Part shown: positions 22,902 through 31,312 of the stretch, one piece after another | Layout: each line of letters starts with the position of its first letter | Numbering within the stretch: position 1 is the first letter of the stretch | Assembly: GCA_963796815.1 (NCBI GenBank) | Contig: CAWCNF010000006.1 | Location: 60,593-124,592 of the forward strand | Direction: 5' to 3' | Source of the DNA: an uncultured Solirubrobacterales bacterium | Lineage (GTDB): Bacteria; Actinomycetota; Thermoleophilia; Solirubrobacterales; 70-9 | Length of the DNA: 64,000 nt | Notes under the pieces: model-generated | What the model was told of the DNA's origin: nothing | Database searches by the model: none | What the model saw: only the letters and a program-made list of their open reading frames with translations | Program-made: the position numbers and the translations under genes

Positions 22902-23912
22902 TCAGCTCTCGCGCACGACCTCGCGCGGGTCCTTGTCCGTCGCGCAAGCCCTTGAACGAGGGCTGGCGCAGCGTCCCCTCGTTGGTCCACTCGGTGAACT
23001 CGACCTCGGCGACGAGCTCCGGCTCGACCCAAACCGGGCCGGCGCCGCGATCGCGCGCTCGCTGCGCGTACTTGACCTTCGGGTCCTCGCCGAGCTCGAA
23101 CGGCGAGTCCGGCGCGCTCGAGCGGCTTCAAGCAGCCTGGTGAGCTCGTCGAGCGTCGTCCTGCGTGAAGCCGGTGCCGACGCCGCCGGCGTAGGCGAAG
23201 CTGCCGTCGTCGTAGTAGCCGACCAGGAGCGAGCCGACCCGGCCGCCGCGGCTGCCCTCGCCCGGCATCCAGCCGCCGATCACGAGCTCCTGACCGCGGC
23301 GGTTGCGGACCTTCGCCCACTCGCGGCTGCGCTTGCCGGGCCGGTACGGCGAGCCGAGCCGCTTCGCGACGATCCCCTCGAGGTCGCGATCCTGGACCAG
23401 GTGCCAGAGCGCGGCGCCGTCGCCGACGTGGTTGCGCGGCGCCCGCCAGTGGTCGACCGTCGAGCGCGAGCCCGTCGAGCAGCTCGCGCCGGCGCTCGTA
23501 CGGTTGCTCGATCAGCAGCTCGCCGTCGAGCCAGAGCACGTCGAAGGCGACGTAGGTCGCGGGCGTCTCGACCGCCCGGCGGCGGATCGTCGCCTCGGTC
23601 GACCAGGCCCATCCGCCGCTGCAGCAGCTGAAACCGCGGCCGGCCCTCGTCGTCGAAGGCGACGATCTCGCCGTCGAGGATCGCGTCGCGGCGGTCGAGC
23701 GCCTCGGCGAGCTCAGCGAGCTCCGGATAGCGCGGCGTGTGATCGGCGCCGCGCCGGGCCGACAGCTTCAGCCGCTCGCCGTCGAGATAGGCGAGCGCCC
23801 GGATCCCGTCCCACTTGATCTCATAGGCCCAGCCGTCACCCGTCGGGGGCGCCGGCAGGGGCGTCGCCAGCATCGGCTCGAGGCGGGTGGGAAGCTTCGC
23901 CTTCGCGGGCAT
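22902..23912 (-). CDS. ligD: ATP-dependent DNA ligase (stand-alone LigD ligase domain). About 4 frame changes.
   Basis: MPAKAKLPTRLEPMLAT..GWAYEIKWDGIRAL carries the motif I KxDG. It is followed by ILDGEIVAFD, FQLLQRR, YVAFDVLWLDGE (shifted), EGIVAKRLGSPY and EFTEWTNEGTLRQPSFKGLR. Removing one extra nucleotide near 22938 gives ..DDKDPREVVRES-TGA. Confidence 0.85.
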
Positions 23913-23946
23913 CCGCGATGATCGCGACTCGCTTGGATGCGGGGCG

Positions 23947-25199
23947 TCAGCGCGGCGTCGACGCAGGCGCGGAGGTCCATCGGTTCGCCGCTCCCCGTGT
24001 GCAGCGGGCCCGGCCGCCGCTGGTGCGCGGTAGGGGCCGTTCGCGCCGCGCGGGAGGCACGCGCGGGATCTCGACGCCGTCCGGCCTTCGAACAGGAGCG
24101 TGCCATCGGGATCGCGGGCGAGCGAGTAACCGCCCTCGTGGACGCAGCGGTGGTGGTGGCGGCAGAGCAGGACGAGGTTGTCGAGCGCGTCTCGCCGCCA
24201 TCTGCCCAGTGGAGGATGTGGTGGGCGTCAACAAACCGGCGACGCTCACAACCCGGGAACTGGCAGCGCCCGTCGCGTGCCACCAGCGCGCGCCGCATCG
24301 ACGGCGGGATCGAGCGGGTTCTACGACCGACGCTGAGCGGCACGCCGCCGCGCTCGACGAGGGTGACGATGGACGCGTCACAGCCGAGGCGCTTTGCGGT
24401 CTCGGGCGCGATCCCGGGGCCATCCTCGATCGCGCAGACCTGCGAGCGGTGTCCACGTGAAGGAACACCTGGTAGCGCTCGCCGCCGGTCAGGCCCGAGG
24501 GCGGGCGCGTCAGCGTTGCCTCGGAAAGCAGCGTGAAGGACTCGGCGTTGGTTGGCGATGGGGGAGGGACGGCCGGCTCCGCGGTTCCGCGGAACCGCGG
24601 TCGGCGGCCGCCTCAGCGGCCTCGCCACGGCGAATTTCGTGAAGCGTGTCCCGCGCGGCCTCGAGCGCGCGGAGGAAGAGCGCGCCGTCGTCGGGCGGCA
24701 GCTTGGCGTCGACGCGAAGCGAGCCGTCCTCGTCCCAGAAAAAGCGGACGAAGCTGTCGCGCTGCTGCTGACCTGCCTCGGCGTCGGTCACGCGGCTGGT
24801 TGCGCGGACGATCCGCTCGAGCTGCGCAGCGGTTGCATGTCGCGCGAGTTCGAGCAGTTCGGTCTCGCTGCGCTGGTCCGCGATCCGCGTCAGCGCTCGG
24901 ACCTTCGAGTAGCTCAGGCAGCCCGCGGCGAACTCGGCCTCGATCTCGGGCAGCCCGCCGAGCGCCTTGGCGACGCGCACGTGCTCGCGCGCCGAGCGCG
25001 GGTTGAGCGCACAGCGCCACGCGACCCACTCCGCGGTGGAACGACAGCCTGTGTTCGCCCAGCCCTCGCGCCGATCGAACTCGCGGACGAGCTCGAGCCA
25101 GCGCGCATGGGTGGCGTTCACCTGCGCCGCCATCGACTCGATCTCGCGCTCGATGAGCTCGAGCGGTACCTCGCGGAGCTTTCCCGATGAGACGAACAT
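23947..25199 (-). CDS. DUF222-HNH endonuclease (the actinobacterial '13E12 repeat'-type protein). About 4 frame changes, and the 3' end is uncertain.
   Basis: The N-terminal half (ORF 24510..25199) is DUF222-like: AAQVNATHARWLELVREFDRREGWANTGCRSTAEWVAWRCALNPRSAREHVRVAKAL..LSYSKVRALTRIA. The C-terminal half holds the HNH motif: RALVARDGRCQFPGCERRRFVDAHHILHWADGGET(shift)RLDNLVLLCRHHHRCVHEGG. The as-sequenced frames run into the ligase start at 23912. Confidence 0.7.
24579..24600. repeat. Perfect 22-bp palindrome CCGCGGTTCCGCGGAACCGCGG inside the HNH endonuclease gene.
   Basis: I checked the self-complementarity base by base against the coordinates of ORF 24533. Its 17-nt core GCGGTTCCGCGGAACCG recurs at 53223-53239. 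Confidence 0.9.
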
Positions 25200-25238
25200 A
25201 TGTTCGTACAGTAAGACTCCGATCGGACGGAATGCGGC

Positions 25239-26327
25239 TCAGCCCGACGATGGCACGATCCAACCCGAGACCCGTGGGAAGCGCCTGGAATTGAGCTGCT
25301 TCGAGATCCGGTCGAACGGGACGATCTGCTCGGGGTGGTCGGCGTTGACGAAGAGCCACTGGTCGGCCGCGGGCCAGCCGATGAGGATCCAGTGGCCGTC
25401 CGGCGACCAGGTCGGTCCGGTCAGACGCCCGTGTGCGAAGAAGAGGACCTCGCCGCCACCCCCTCGGTTGGTGACGATCAAGCGATCGCTGGCGCCGACG
25501 TGCTCGACGTTCGCGATCTGCTGGCCGTCGGGTGAAAGGGCGCGGTCAACGCGCGGGCTGGACGGTGCGGGGGAAAGGCGGCGGCGGTCGTTGCGCGTGG
25601 GTCGAACATGAGCACCCGTCTCGGCGTCGACGGCGCGAACGCCGCCCGCGGCGGTCACGTAGGCCAACACGAAGCGGTCGGGCCGCCAGGCCGGCGCAAC
25701 GGGCGCGACGTCCCTCGCGATGAGTCGATCGGTCGCGGGGTTGCCGTCGCCGGCGATCACCCTTAGGTCGTGGCCGCTTCGGTAGGCGATGCGCGTGTCG
25801 GTTGAGCTACCCGCCCAGCGGGGGTCGCGCGCGACTCCCGGCGTTGGGAACGTCCAGCGCACGTCGCCGTCAGTCGTCAGCGCGCTCAGGATGCGGTCCT
25901 TGGCAGCGATCACGTACAGGCCGTGCGGCGACCAGGACGCCTCGTCAAAGCTGCCGAGCAACCGCTTCGAGCCATCGTCGCGGACGATCCACGGCCCAGC
26001 CCCGGAGTTGACCAGGAGATCCCCCGCAGCCGGGAGCGAACGCAGTTCCGGCTTCGCGTTGGGCTCCCCGGGCGAGTTCGAGAAGACGTCGCTGACGAGA
26101 TCGCCCACCTTCGCGCCCGCGGGACTCAGGCCGATCGCCAGCGCGACCGCGGCGCACCCGGCCGCCACCCCGAGCCGACGCGTGCCCCGTGATGGGTGGA
26201 GTGGAACATGGTCGGCGTAGGCGGCGCGCACGACGTCGAGCGAGCGCTTCTCCGCCTCGGCTTCGTCGGGCGCGCGCAGCTCCCGTAGGCGCGCCTCCAA
26301 GTCGCGATCGCCGCGGCGGCCGGTCAT
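25239..26327 (-). CDS. Putative anti-sigma factor: a single-pass membrane protein with an extracytoplasmic TolB-like (PD40 repeat) beta-propeller.
   Basis: An intact 362-aa ORF whose start overlaps the ECF sigma stop in an ATGA. It has a short cytoplasmic N-terminus, the TM segment LGVAAGCAAVALAIGL, and then repeated SPxG/PD40-like units (SWSPHGLYV, ALSPDGQQIA, TWSPDGHWIL). It has no ZAS (HxxxCxxC) motif, so the anti-sigma role is inferred from context. Confidence 0.5.
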   Translation of the reverse strand: MTGRRGDRDLEARLRELRAPDEAEAEKRSLDVVRAAYADHVPLHPSRGTRRLGVAAGCAAVALAIGLSPAGAKVGDLVSDVFSNSPGEPNAKPELRSLPAAGDLLVNSGAGPWIVRDDGSKRLLGSFDEASWSPHGLYVIAAKDRILSALTTDGDVRWTFPTPGVARDPRWAGSSTDTRIAYRSGHDLRVIAGDGNPATDRLIARDVAPVAPAWRPDRFVLAYVTAAGGVRAVDAETGAHVRPTRNDRRRLSPAPSSPRVDRALSPDGQQIANVEHVGASDRLIVTNRGGGGEVLFFAHGRLTGPTWSPDGHWILIGWPAADQWLFVNADHPEQIVPFDRISKQLNSRRFPRVSGWIVPSSG

Positions 26328-26941
26328 ACCGCCGGCCTCAGGTTGTCGAGCGCCCGCCGCAGACGCGAGTTGACGGTGCCGCGCGGGACGTCGAGCATCG
26401 TCGCGATCTCGCCGGGGGTGTAGTCGAGGACGTAGCGAAGGACGACCACGGCACGGTGGTCGGGCGCCAACGCGCGCAGGGCCGTGAGCAGCTCGGCGGA
26501 GATCTCGTCCATCTCCGGCGCCGCCGCGGCAAGGTCGTCGCCCTCACCTCATTGGGATTCGGCGCGCAGCGAGCGCGCTCGGGAGAAGTCGATGGCGCGG
26601 TTGACCGTGATGCGGTGCAGCCACGGGCCGAACGGACGGGTGCGGTCGAAGCGGTCGAGCGCGCGGATCGCGGCGAGGAATGCCTCTTGGGCGATGTCCT
26701 CGGCCGCGGCCGCATCACCCACCACCAGAAACGCGGCGCGGTGGGCGCGACGCCAGTGGCGTCGGAACAGCTCCTCGAACGCGTCGGCCGAGCCGCGCTG
26801 CGCTTCGCGGATCAGGGTCCGCTCGGAGCGCGGGCGTTTCGGGCCCGCGAGCAGGATCCGCGGCTTCGCCGATTCGGCATCCCGAGCGCGGAGGCTGAAG
26901 GCCGGAGCGGAGGTGCGCCGTTGTTGAGGCGCCTTGTTCAT
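26324..26941 (-). CDS. ECF (group IV) RNA polymerase sigma factor, interrupted by an in-frame TGA at 26549-26551 between regions 2 and 4.
   Basis: Region 2 reads LIREAQRGSADAFEELFRRHWRRAHRAAFLVVGDAAAAEDIAQEAFLAAIRALDRFDRTRPFGPWLHRITVNRAIDFSR. Region 4 reads LTALRALAPDHRAVVVLRYVLDYTPGEIATMLDVPRGTVNSRLRRALDNL. ORFs 26549..27544 and 26324..26512 share one frame (27544 and 26512 are both 1 mod 3) and are separated by TGA plus 12 codons. Confidence 0.8.
26906..26939. repeat. Copy A of a 34-nt repeat (AGCGGAGGTGCGCCGTTGTTGAGGCGCCTTGTTC) overlapping the first codons of the ECF sigma ORF.
   Basis: It matches 43517-43550 at 32 of 34 positions. Looser similarity extends about 20 nt to the left (26886-26905 against 43501-43516). 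It contains an imperfect hairpin, GGTGCGCC-N8-GGCGCCTT. Confidence 0.8.
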
Positions 26942-26979
26942 CGGACTCAGCCGCGATTGTCCCGCGAAAGCCGCCGCGG

Positions 26980-27822
26980 TCATCTCAACTGCCTCCGAGA
27001 GGCGCCAACAGCGTGGGGACGCCCATCGAGCGCGCCGGCGAGCTCGAACACCGCCTGCCCGTGGCGGTCGGCGTGGACAGGGCCTGCGGACGGGAGCTCG
27101 ACGACGAACGACGCCGTCCCGGGAAAGGCGTGGTTCTGCCAGTTCGGGGCGGTGCCGTCCATCCATGGCATCGGCACGAAGCGATCGCCGGCAAGGCGCG
27201 CGTAGGTGCGTGCCGCGGGGATGCTCTGGCCCCAGGCGCGCACGAGCGGGTCGGCCTGCTGGTGAAACCAGATCGTGATGTCGGGATGCAGGGCGCGGAT
27301 CAGGCGGCGGGCGATCTGGGTTTCCGGCTCGGAGAACGGGGCTGCACCGGAGTGCTCCGGGTCGCCCGGGACGCCGATCGGGCGCCAGTCGTAGCCGAAG
27401 TTGCGGTTGAGGTCGACGCCATCGGCGTTGAGGCGAGTGCCGAGCGCGAGGCCGTCGGGGTCGAGGTTGTCCACGGTGACGAGCCCGCCGCCGTACGGGG
27501 GGCAGCCGCGCCAGGAGCGCTTGACGGCGCGCATGCCGGCGCACTCGTCGCCGTGGATGCAGCCAAAGACGAGGATCACGGGACCGCCGCTGCGGTTGTC
27601 GCCGCCGCTGACCATCGTGCCGACGCCGTTCATCGCCGTGGCCGTGATCGATCGGCCGTTCACGGAGTGGCCCAGCGTGACCTCGGCTCGCCCTCCAAAT
27701 GGCGCGCGCGGCGCGACCGCCGCAACCAGCTTTGCGACCGGGCCAACCGGCCCGGCAGGCGCGGACGGGCCGCCGGAACCGCCGCCGACGGCGAGAGCAA
27801 TCGCTGCGAGCAGAGCCGTCAA
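26980..27822 (-). CDS. Secreted M14-family zinc carboxypeptidase/amidase (MpaA-like murein peptide amidase type).
   Basis: An intact 280-aa ORF with a signal-like N-terminus. It carries the HxxE zinc motif in FGCIHGDECAG, then VDLNRNF, ITIWFHQQ, and the catalytic Glu context ASFVVELP. Confidence 0.7.
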   Translation of the reverse strand: MTALLAAIALAVGGGSGGPSAPAGPVGPVAKLVAAVAPRAPFGGRAEVTLGHSVNGRSITATAMNGVGTMVSGGDNRSGGPVILVFGCIHGDECAGMRAVKRSWRGCPPYGGGLVTVDNLDPDGLALGTRLNADGVDLNRNFGYDWRPIGVPGDPEHSGAAPFSEPETQIARRLIRALHPDITIWFHQQADPLVRAWGQSIPAARTYARLAGDRFVPMPWMDGTAPNWQNHAFPGTASFVVELPSAGPVHADRHGQAVFELAGALDGRPHAVGASRRQLR

Positions 27823-28826
27823 GCCGTGAGCGCGCCGCGCGGTCGCCGGCGCAGCGCGAGGACCCCGATCAGCGCCGCGATGGCGAGCCCGGCGCCCACG
27901 GCGCCCACGCCGATCCAGGGCGTCGCGGCCGAGGGGCGGCTCGGGTTGGCGTCGCCGTCGGCGACCGCCGACGCGACCGCATCCGCCGGGACCCTCCCGA
28001 CCGTGTGGGTGTGCGGGTCGACGGTGAGCAGCGGCGTCGCGCGTTGCCCGATCACCAGGTACGAGCCGCCGGCGCCGAGCCGTAGCCTCAGGCCCCAGAT
28101 GTCCTGATTGCGACCGAGCTCGTCGACGTCGATGCAGTCTGCGGCGCCGGCCTTGGTGTCGAGCGCGTGGATGAACGGGTGCTCGCCGCCCCAGTAAAGG
28201 GTGTAGGCCCAGCGCCCGTCGGGACTCATCACCCGTGAGAGCGCGTAGCCATACATCTCCGCGTCGCCCTCGTCGGGGTCGGAGATCGTGCCGGGCCGCA
28301 GGAGGCCGGTCGCGAGATCGAACGCACGAACGTGATACTCGGTCGGGTCGTGCGGCGCGGTGTAGTTGATGAGGTACATCGTCCTGCCGGCTGGCGAGAG
28401 TGCGTCGAAGCTGAAGTCGCCGTCGAGCGTGAACGGATGCGGGTTGGTGAAGCGGTCGGTCTCGATGCGCACGAAGTCGGTCGTCTCGCGCGGGAACGAG
28501 GTGCGCGGGGAGATCAGGATCAGCGTCGAGCCGTCGACCGAGAGCCCACCCGGCGTCGCGTCCAGGGCCACCGCCGGGATCGTGTAGCGGCCCTTCAGGC
28601 GGACGGACTGCCTCACCTCACCGCGGGCGGTGTCGATGCGCTCGACGACCGTGTCGCCGCCGCTTTCGACGGTCACGTAGCGCGAGGCCCCATCCGGGCT
28701 CACAACGCCGCTCGGACCGACGTCCTCCACCGGTAGGGGCAGGCCGTCGGCGAGCGCCGCGGCCGGCGCCACGATCGCCGTGGCGAGGGCAGAGATAACG
28801 ATCGCGGCCGTCGTGGCGGTTCTCAT
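27819..28826 (-). CDS. Secreted beta-propeller-like protein (SPDG/PD40-type repeats) with a C-terminal TM anchor. Function unknown.
   Basis: An intact 335-aa ORF. The signal peptide is [26 protein letters not shown]. Repeats include [22 protein letters not shown] and [13 protein letters not shown]. The C-terminus is [25 protein letters not shown]. Its stop overlaps the M14 gene start in an ATGA. Confidence 0.6.
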   Translation of the reverse strand: MRTATTAAIVISALATAIVAPAAALADGLPLPVEDVGPSGVVSPDGASRYVTVESGGDTVVERIDTARGEVRQSVRLKGRYTIPAVALDATPGGLSVDGSTLILISPRTSFPRETTDFVRIETDRFTNPHPFTLDGDFSFDALSPAGRTMYLINYTAPHDPTEYHVRAFDLATGLLRPGTISDPDEGDAEMYGYALSRVMSPDGRWAYTLYWGGEHPFIHALDTKAGAADCIDVDELGRNQDIWGLRLRLGAGGSYLVIGQRATPLLTVDPHTHTVGRVPADAVASAVADGDANPSRPSAATPWIGVGAVGAGLAIAALIGVLALRRRPRGALTA

Positions 28827-28876
28827 GCACGTATACGGGCTGCTGTGCTCCGGAGGTCCCTCTACATTGCTCGCGC

Positions 28877-29894
28877 ATGAGGATCTTCAGCGGCATCCAG
28901 CCGACCGGGCGCAAGCACCTCGGCAACTACATCGGGGCGATTCGCCAGTACGTCGACGGTCAGGACCGCGAGGGGAGTCGTTGACGAGGCGATCTACTGC
29001 GTCGTCGACCTGCATGCGATCTCGGTCGCCTACGACCCGGCCGAGCTGCGCGAGCACGTCTACGACACGGCCGCGATCCTGATCGCCGCCGGCCTCGACC
29101 CCGAGCGCTGCATCCTCTTCCGCCAGTCCGACGTGCCCGAGCACACCGAGCTATGCTGGCTGCTCTCGGCGGTCACATCCCATGGCGACCTCAACCGGAT
29201 GCACCCAGTTCAAGGAGAAGTCGGGCAGAGCAGCGCGAACTCGTTTCGGCGGCGCTGTTTCTATATCCGGTGCTGAGGCCGCGGACGTCCTCGCCTACAA
29301 CGCCGATGAGGTCCCGGTCGGCGAGGACCAGCGCCAGCACATCGAGCTGATGCGCGAGGTTGCCCGCCGCTTCAACGAGCGCTTCGCGCCGAGCGAGGAC
29401 AGGCCCATCTTCGTCGTGCCCGAGGTGCGCGTCCCGGAGGTCGGCGGGCGGATCATGGACCTCCAGGATCCGACGATGAAGATGTCAACCACGGCCGGCT
29501 CGGATCAGGGACGGATCCTCGTCCTCGACGAGGAGAAGCCCTGCGCAAGAAGGTGATGAGCGCGGTCACCGACTCCGGCTCGGAGGTCAAGCGAGGCCCG
29601 GGCAAGGAGGGCATCGCCAACCTCATCGAAATCCTCTCGGTGACGCGCGGCATCGAGCCGGAAGCGATCGAGCGCGAGTTCGAGGGGTCCGGCTACGGGG
29701 ATTTCAAGAAGGCCGTCGCCGATGCCGTGGCCGAGTTGCTGGGACCCGTGCGCGAGCGCTACGCGGAGCTGCGGCCCGACGAGGCCGAGCTCGACCGGAT
29801 GCTCAACCTGGGCGCGGAGAAGGCCGGCGCGATCGCGGGCCCGATCGTCGCCGAGGTGCGCGAGGCCATGGGATTCGGAGCACCAATCCGCTGA
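28877..29894 (+). CDS. trpS: Tryptophan--tRNA ligase. About 4 frame changes.
   Basis: Matching segments are [22 protein letters not shown] (HIGH-type region), [40 protein letters not shown] (shift), LYPVLQAADVLAY and [21 protein letters not shown]. The KMSTT motif (KMSKS variant) is present. Confidence 0.9.
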
Positions 29895-29929
29895 GATCCT
29901 CCGCTCCGCGTCCGGTCTCAGCGGGTCCG

Positions 29930-30773
29930 ATGCAGGCCGTACGCTCCCATCGGGTGGGGGCCGCAGATCTAGATCTCGACCTCGACGTCTTTGCCGGGCC
30001 GTTCGACCTGCTGATGACGGTCGTGCTGCGCGAGGAGGTCGCGCTGGCCGAGGTGGAGCTCGGCGAGATCGTCATCGCCTACCTGGAGCACGTCGAGCGC
30101 CAGGGCGACCTCGACCTCGAGGCGGCGACCGAGTTCCTCGTCCTGATCGCCTCGCTGCTCGAACTCAAGTCGCGGCTGCTGTTGCCCGTCGACGAGGAGG
30201 AGCTCATCGAGCTCGGCCCGGAGGAGGCCGCCGAGGAACTGCTGGCGCGCATGCTCGAGTACCGCCGCTATCGCGGTGCGGCCGAGCACCTCGCGGAGCT
30301 GTTCGCCGACAACCGCGAGTACGGCTACCGCTCCGCGCCGCTGCCGGCTGAGCTGCGCCGCGTCGCGGTCGAGCGCGGCGCGGCCGCGTACGAGCCCGAC
30401 CTGCTGGCGGCGTCGATCGGCGATCTGCTGCGGGTCCCGCCGAAGCCGGACACCAGCCACATCCGTCCGACCGTCTCGCTCGAGGGGCGGCTGCGGATCC
30501 TGCGCGAACTGCTTGCGGCAGCCGTCGGGCTCGATCGACTTCGACGAGACCTTCGGCGGTGAGGAGAAGCTGACCCAGGCGGTGACCCTGTTCGCGCTGC
30601 TGGAGATGCACAAGCGTGGCGAGGCGAGCTGGGAGCAGGGCGACGTCTTTGCGCCGATCACGGTGACATCAACGCTGGCCATGTTCTCGGCTAGCCTGCG
30701 GGCGTGCAGGGTCGAGCTCATGACTATGGAACAATCGTCGAGTCGCTGTTGTTCCTGGCGCCGGAGCCGGTGA
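29930..30773 (+). CDS. scpA: Segregation and condensation protein A (kleisin ScpA). One frame change near 30530, and the 3' end is uncertain.
   Basis: Matching segments are LDVFAGPFDLLMTVVLREEVALAEVELGEIVIAYLEHV, LEAATEFLVLIASLLELKSRLLLP, and (shift) KLTQAVTLFALLEMHKRGEASWEQ. If one more indel is present, the gene would end at TAG 30692-30694, just before the scpB GTG at 30704. Confidence 0.8.
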
Positions 30774-31279
30774 GCACCGCCGAGCTTGCCGAGGCGTGCG
30801 AGGTGACCGAGGCGGAGATCGACCGCGCCCTCGACCTGCTGGGCACGGCGCTGGCGGAGCGCGGGTTGATCCTGCGCGAGGTCGCCGGGGGACACACGCT
30901 CGCGGCGCGGCCCGAGTCGGCCGACGCCGCGCGCCGGCTGCTCGCAAAGCCGAAGACGCCGCCGCTGACCCAGGCGCAGGCCGAGGTGCTCGCGATCATC
31001 GCCTACCTCCAGCCGGTCTCACGGCCCGAGATCGCGCGCATCCGCGGCGTCTCGTCGGAGTCGGCCGTGCAAACGCTCACCGAGCGCGGGCTGATCGAGG
31101 AGTCCGGGCGTTCGCGCTTTGGCGCCGTCATCCATCGCACCACCCCGCTTTTCGAGCGGCTTTTCGGCCTCGCCGGCCTCGACCAGCTCCCCGACCCGGC
31201 CGGGTTCGACCCGACGCCGGAGGACGAGCGCGAGCTGCGCGAGCGGCTGCTCAAGGCGGGGGAGCAGCGGGCGGAGTAA
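30704..31279 (+). CDS. scpB: Segregation and condensation protein B (ScpB).
   Basis: An intact 191-aa ORF reading IVESLLFLAPEPVSTAELAE, LTQAQAEVLAIIAYLQPVSRPEIARIRGVSSESAVQTLTERGLIEE and RTTPLFERLFGL. Confidence 0.9.
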   Translation: MQGRAHDYGTIVESLLFLAPEPVSTAELAEACEVTEAEIDRALDLLGTALAERGLILREVAGGHTLAARPESADAARRLLAKPKTPPLTQAQAEVLAIIAYLQPVSRPEIARIRGVSSESAVQTLTERGLIEESGRSRFGAVIHRTTPLFERLFGLAGLDQLPDPAGFDPTPEDERELRERLLKAGEQRAE

Positions 31280-31312
31280 ACGCGGGCGGTCGGCGCGGCT
31301 AGCCTCGCTCGC

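Noticed and set aside
23947-25199. The HNH/DUF222 gene as an insertion sequence or transposon.
   Set aside because: There is no transposase or integrase motif, and I could find no terminal inverted repeats or target-site duplication. It is better described as an HNH endonuclease gene with possible selfish behaviour.
26549-26551. The TGA in the ECF sigma gene as a selenocysteine codon.
   Set aside because: No convincing SECIS-like hairpin immediately follows the codon. The position is a non-catalytic linker in a protein family with no known selenoproteins. A substitution error or a plain nonsense codon is more parsimonious.
28827-28876. Cis-regulatory RNAs that often precede these gene classes: a T-box before trpS, a glycine riboswitch before gcvT, a SAM riboswitch before metK, and an FMN riboswitch before ribD.
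   Set aside because: The available spacers are only 50, about 1, 18 and 47 nt respectively. All are far too short for those elements, and none of their conserved cores is visible.
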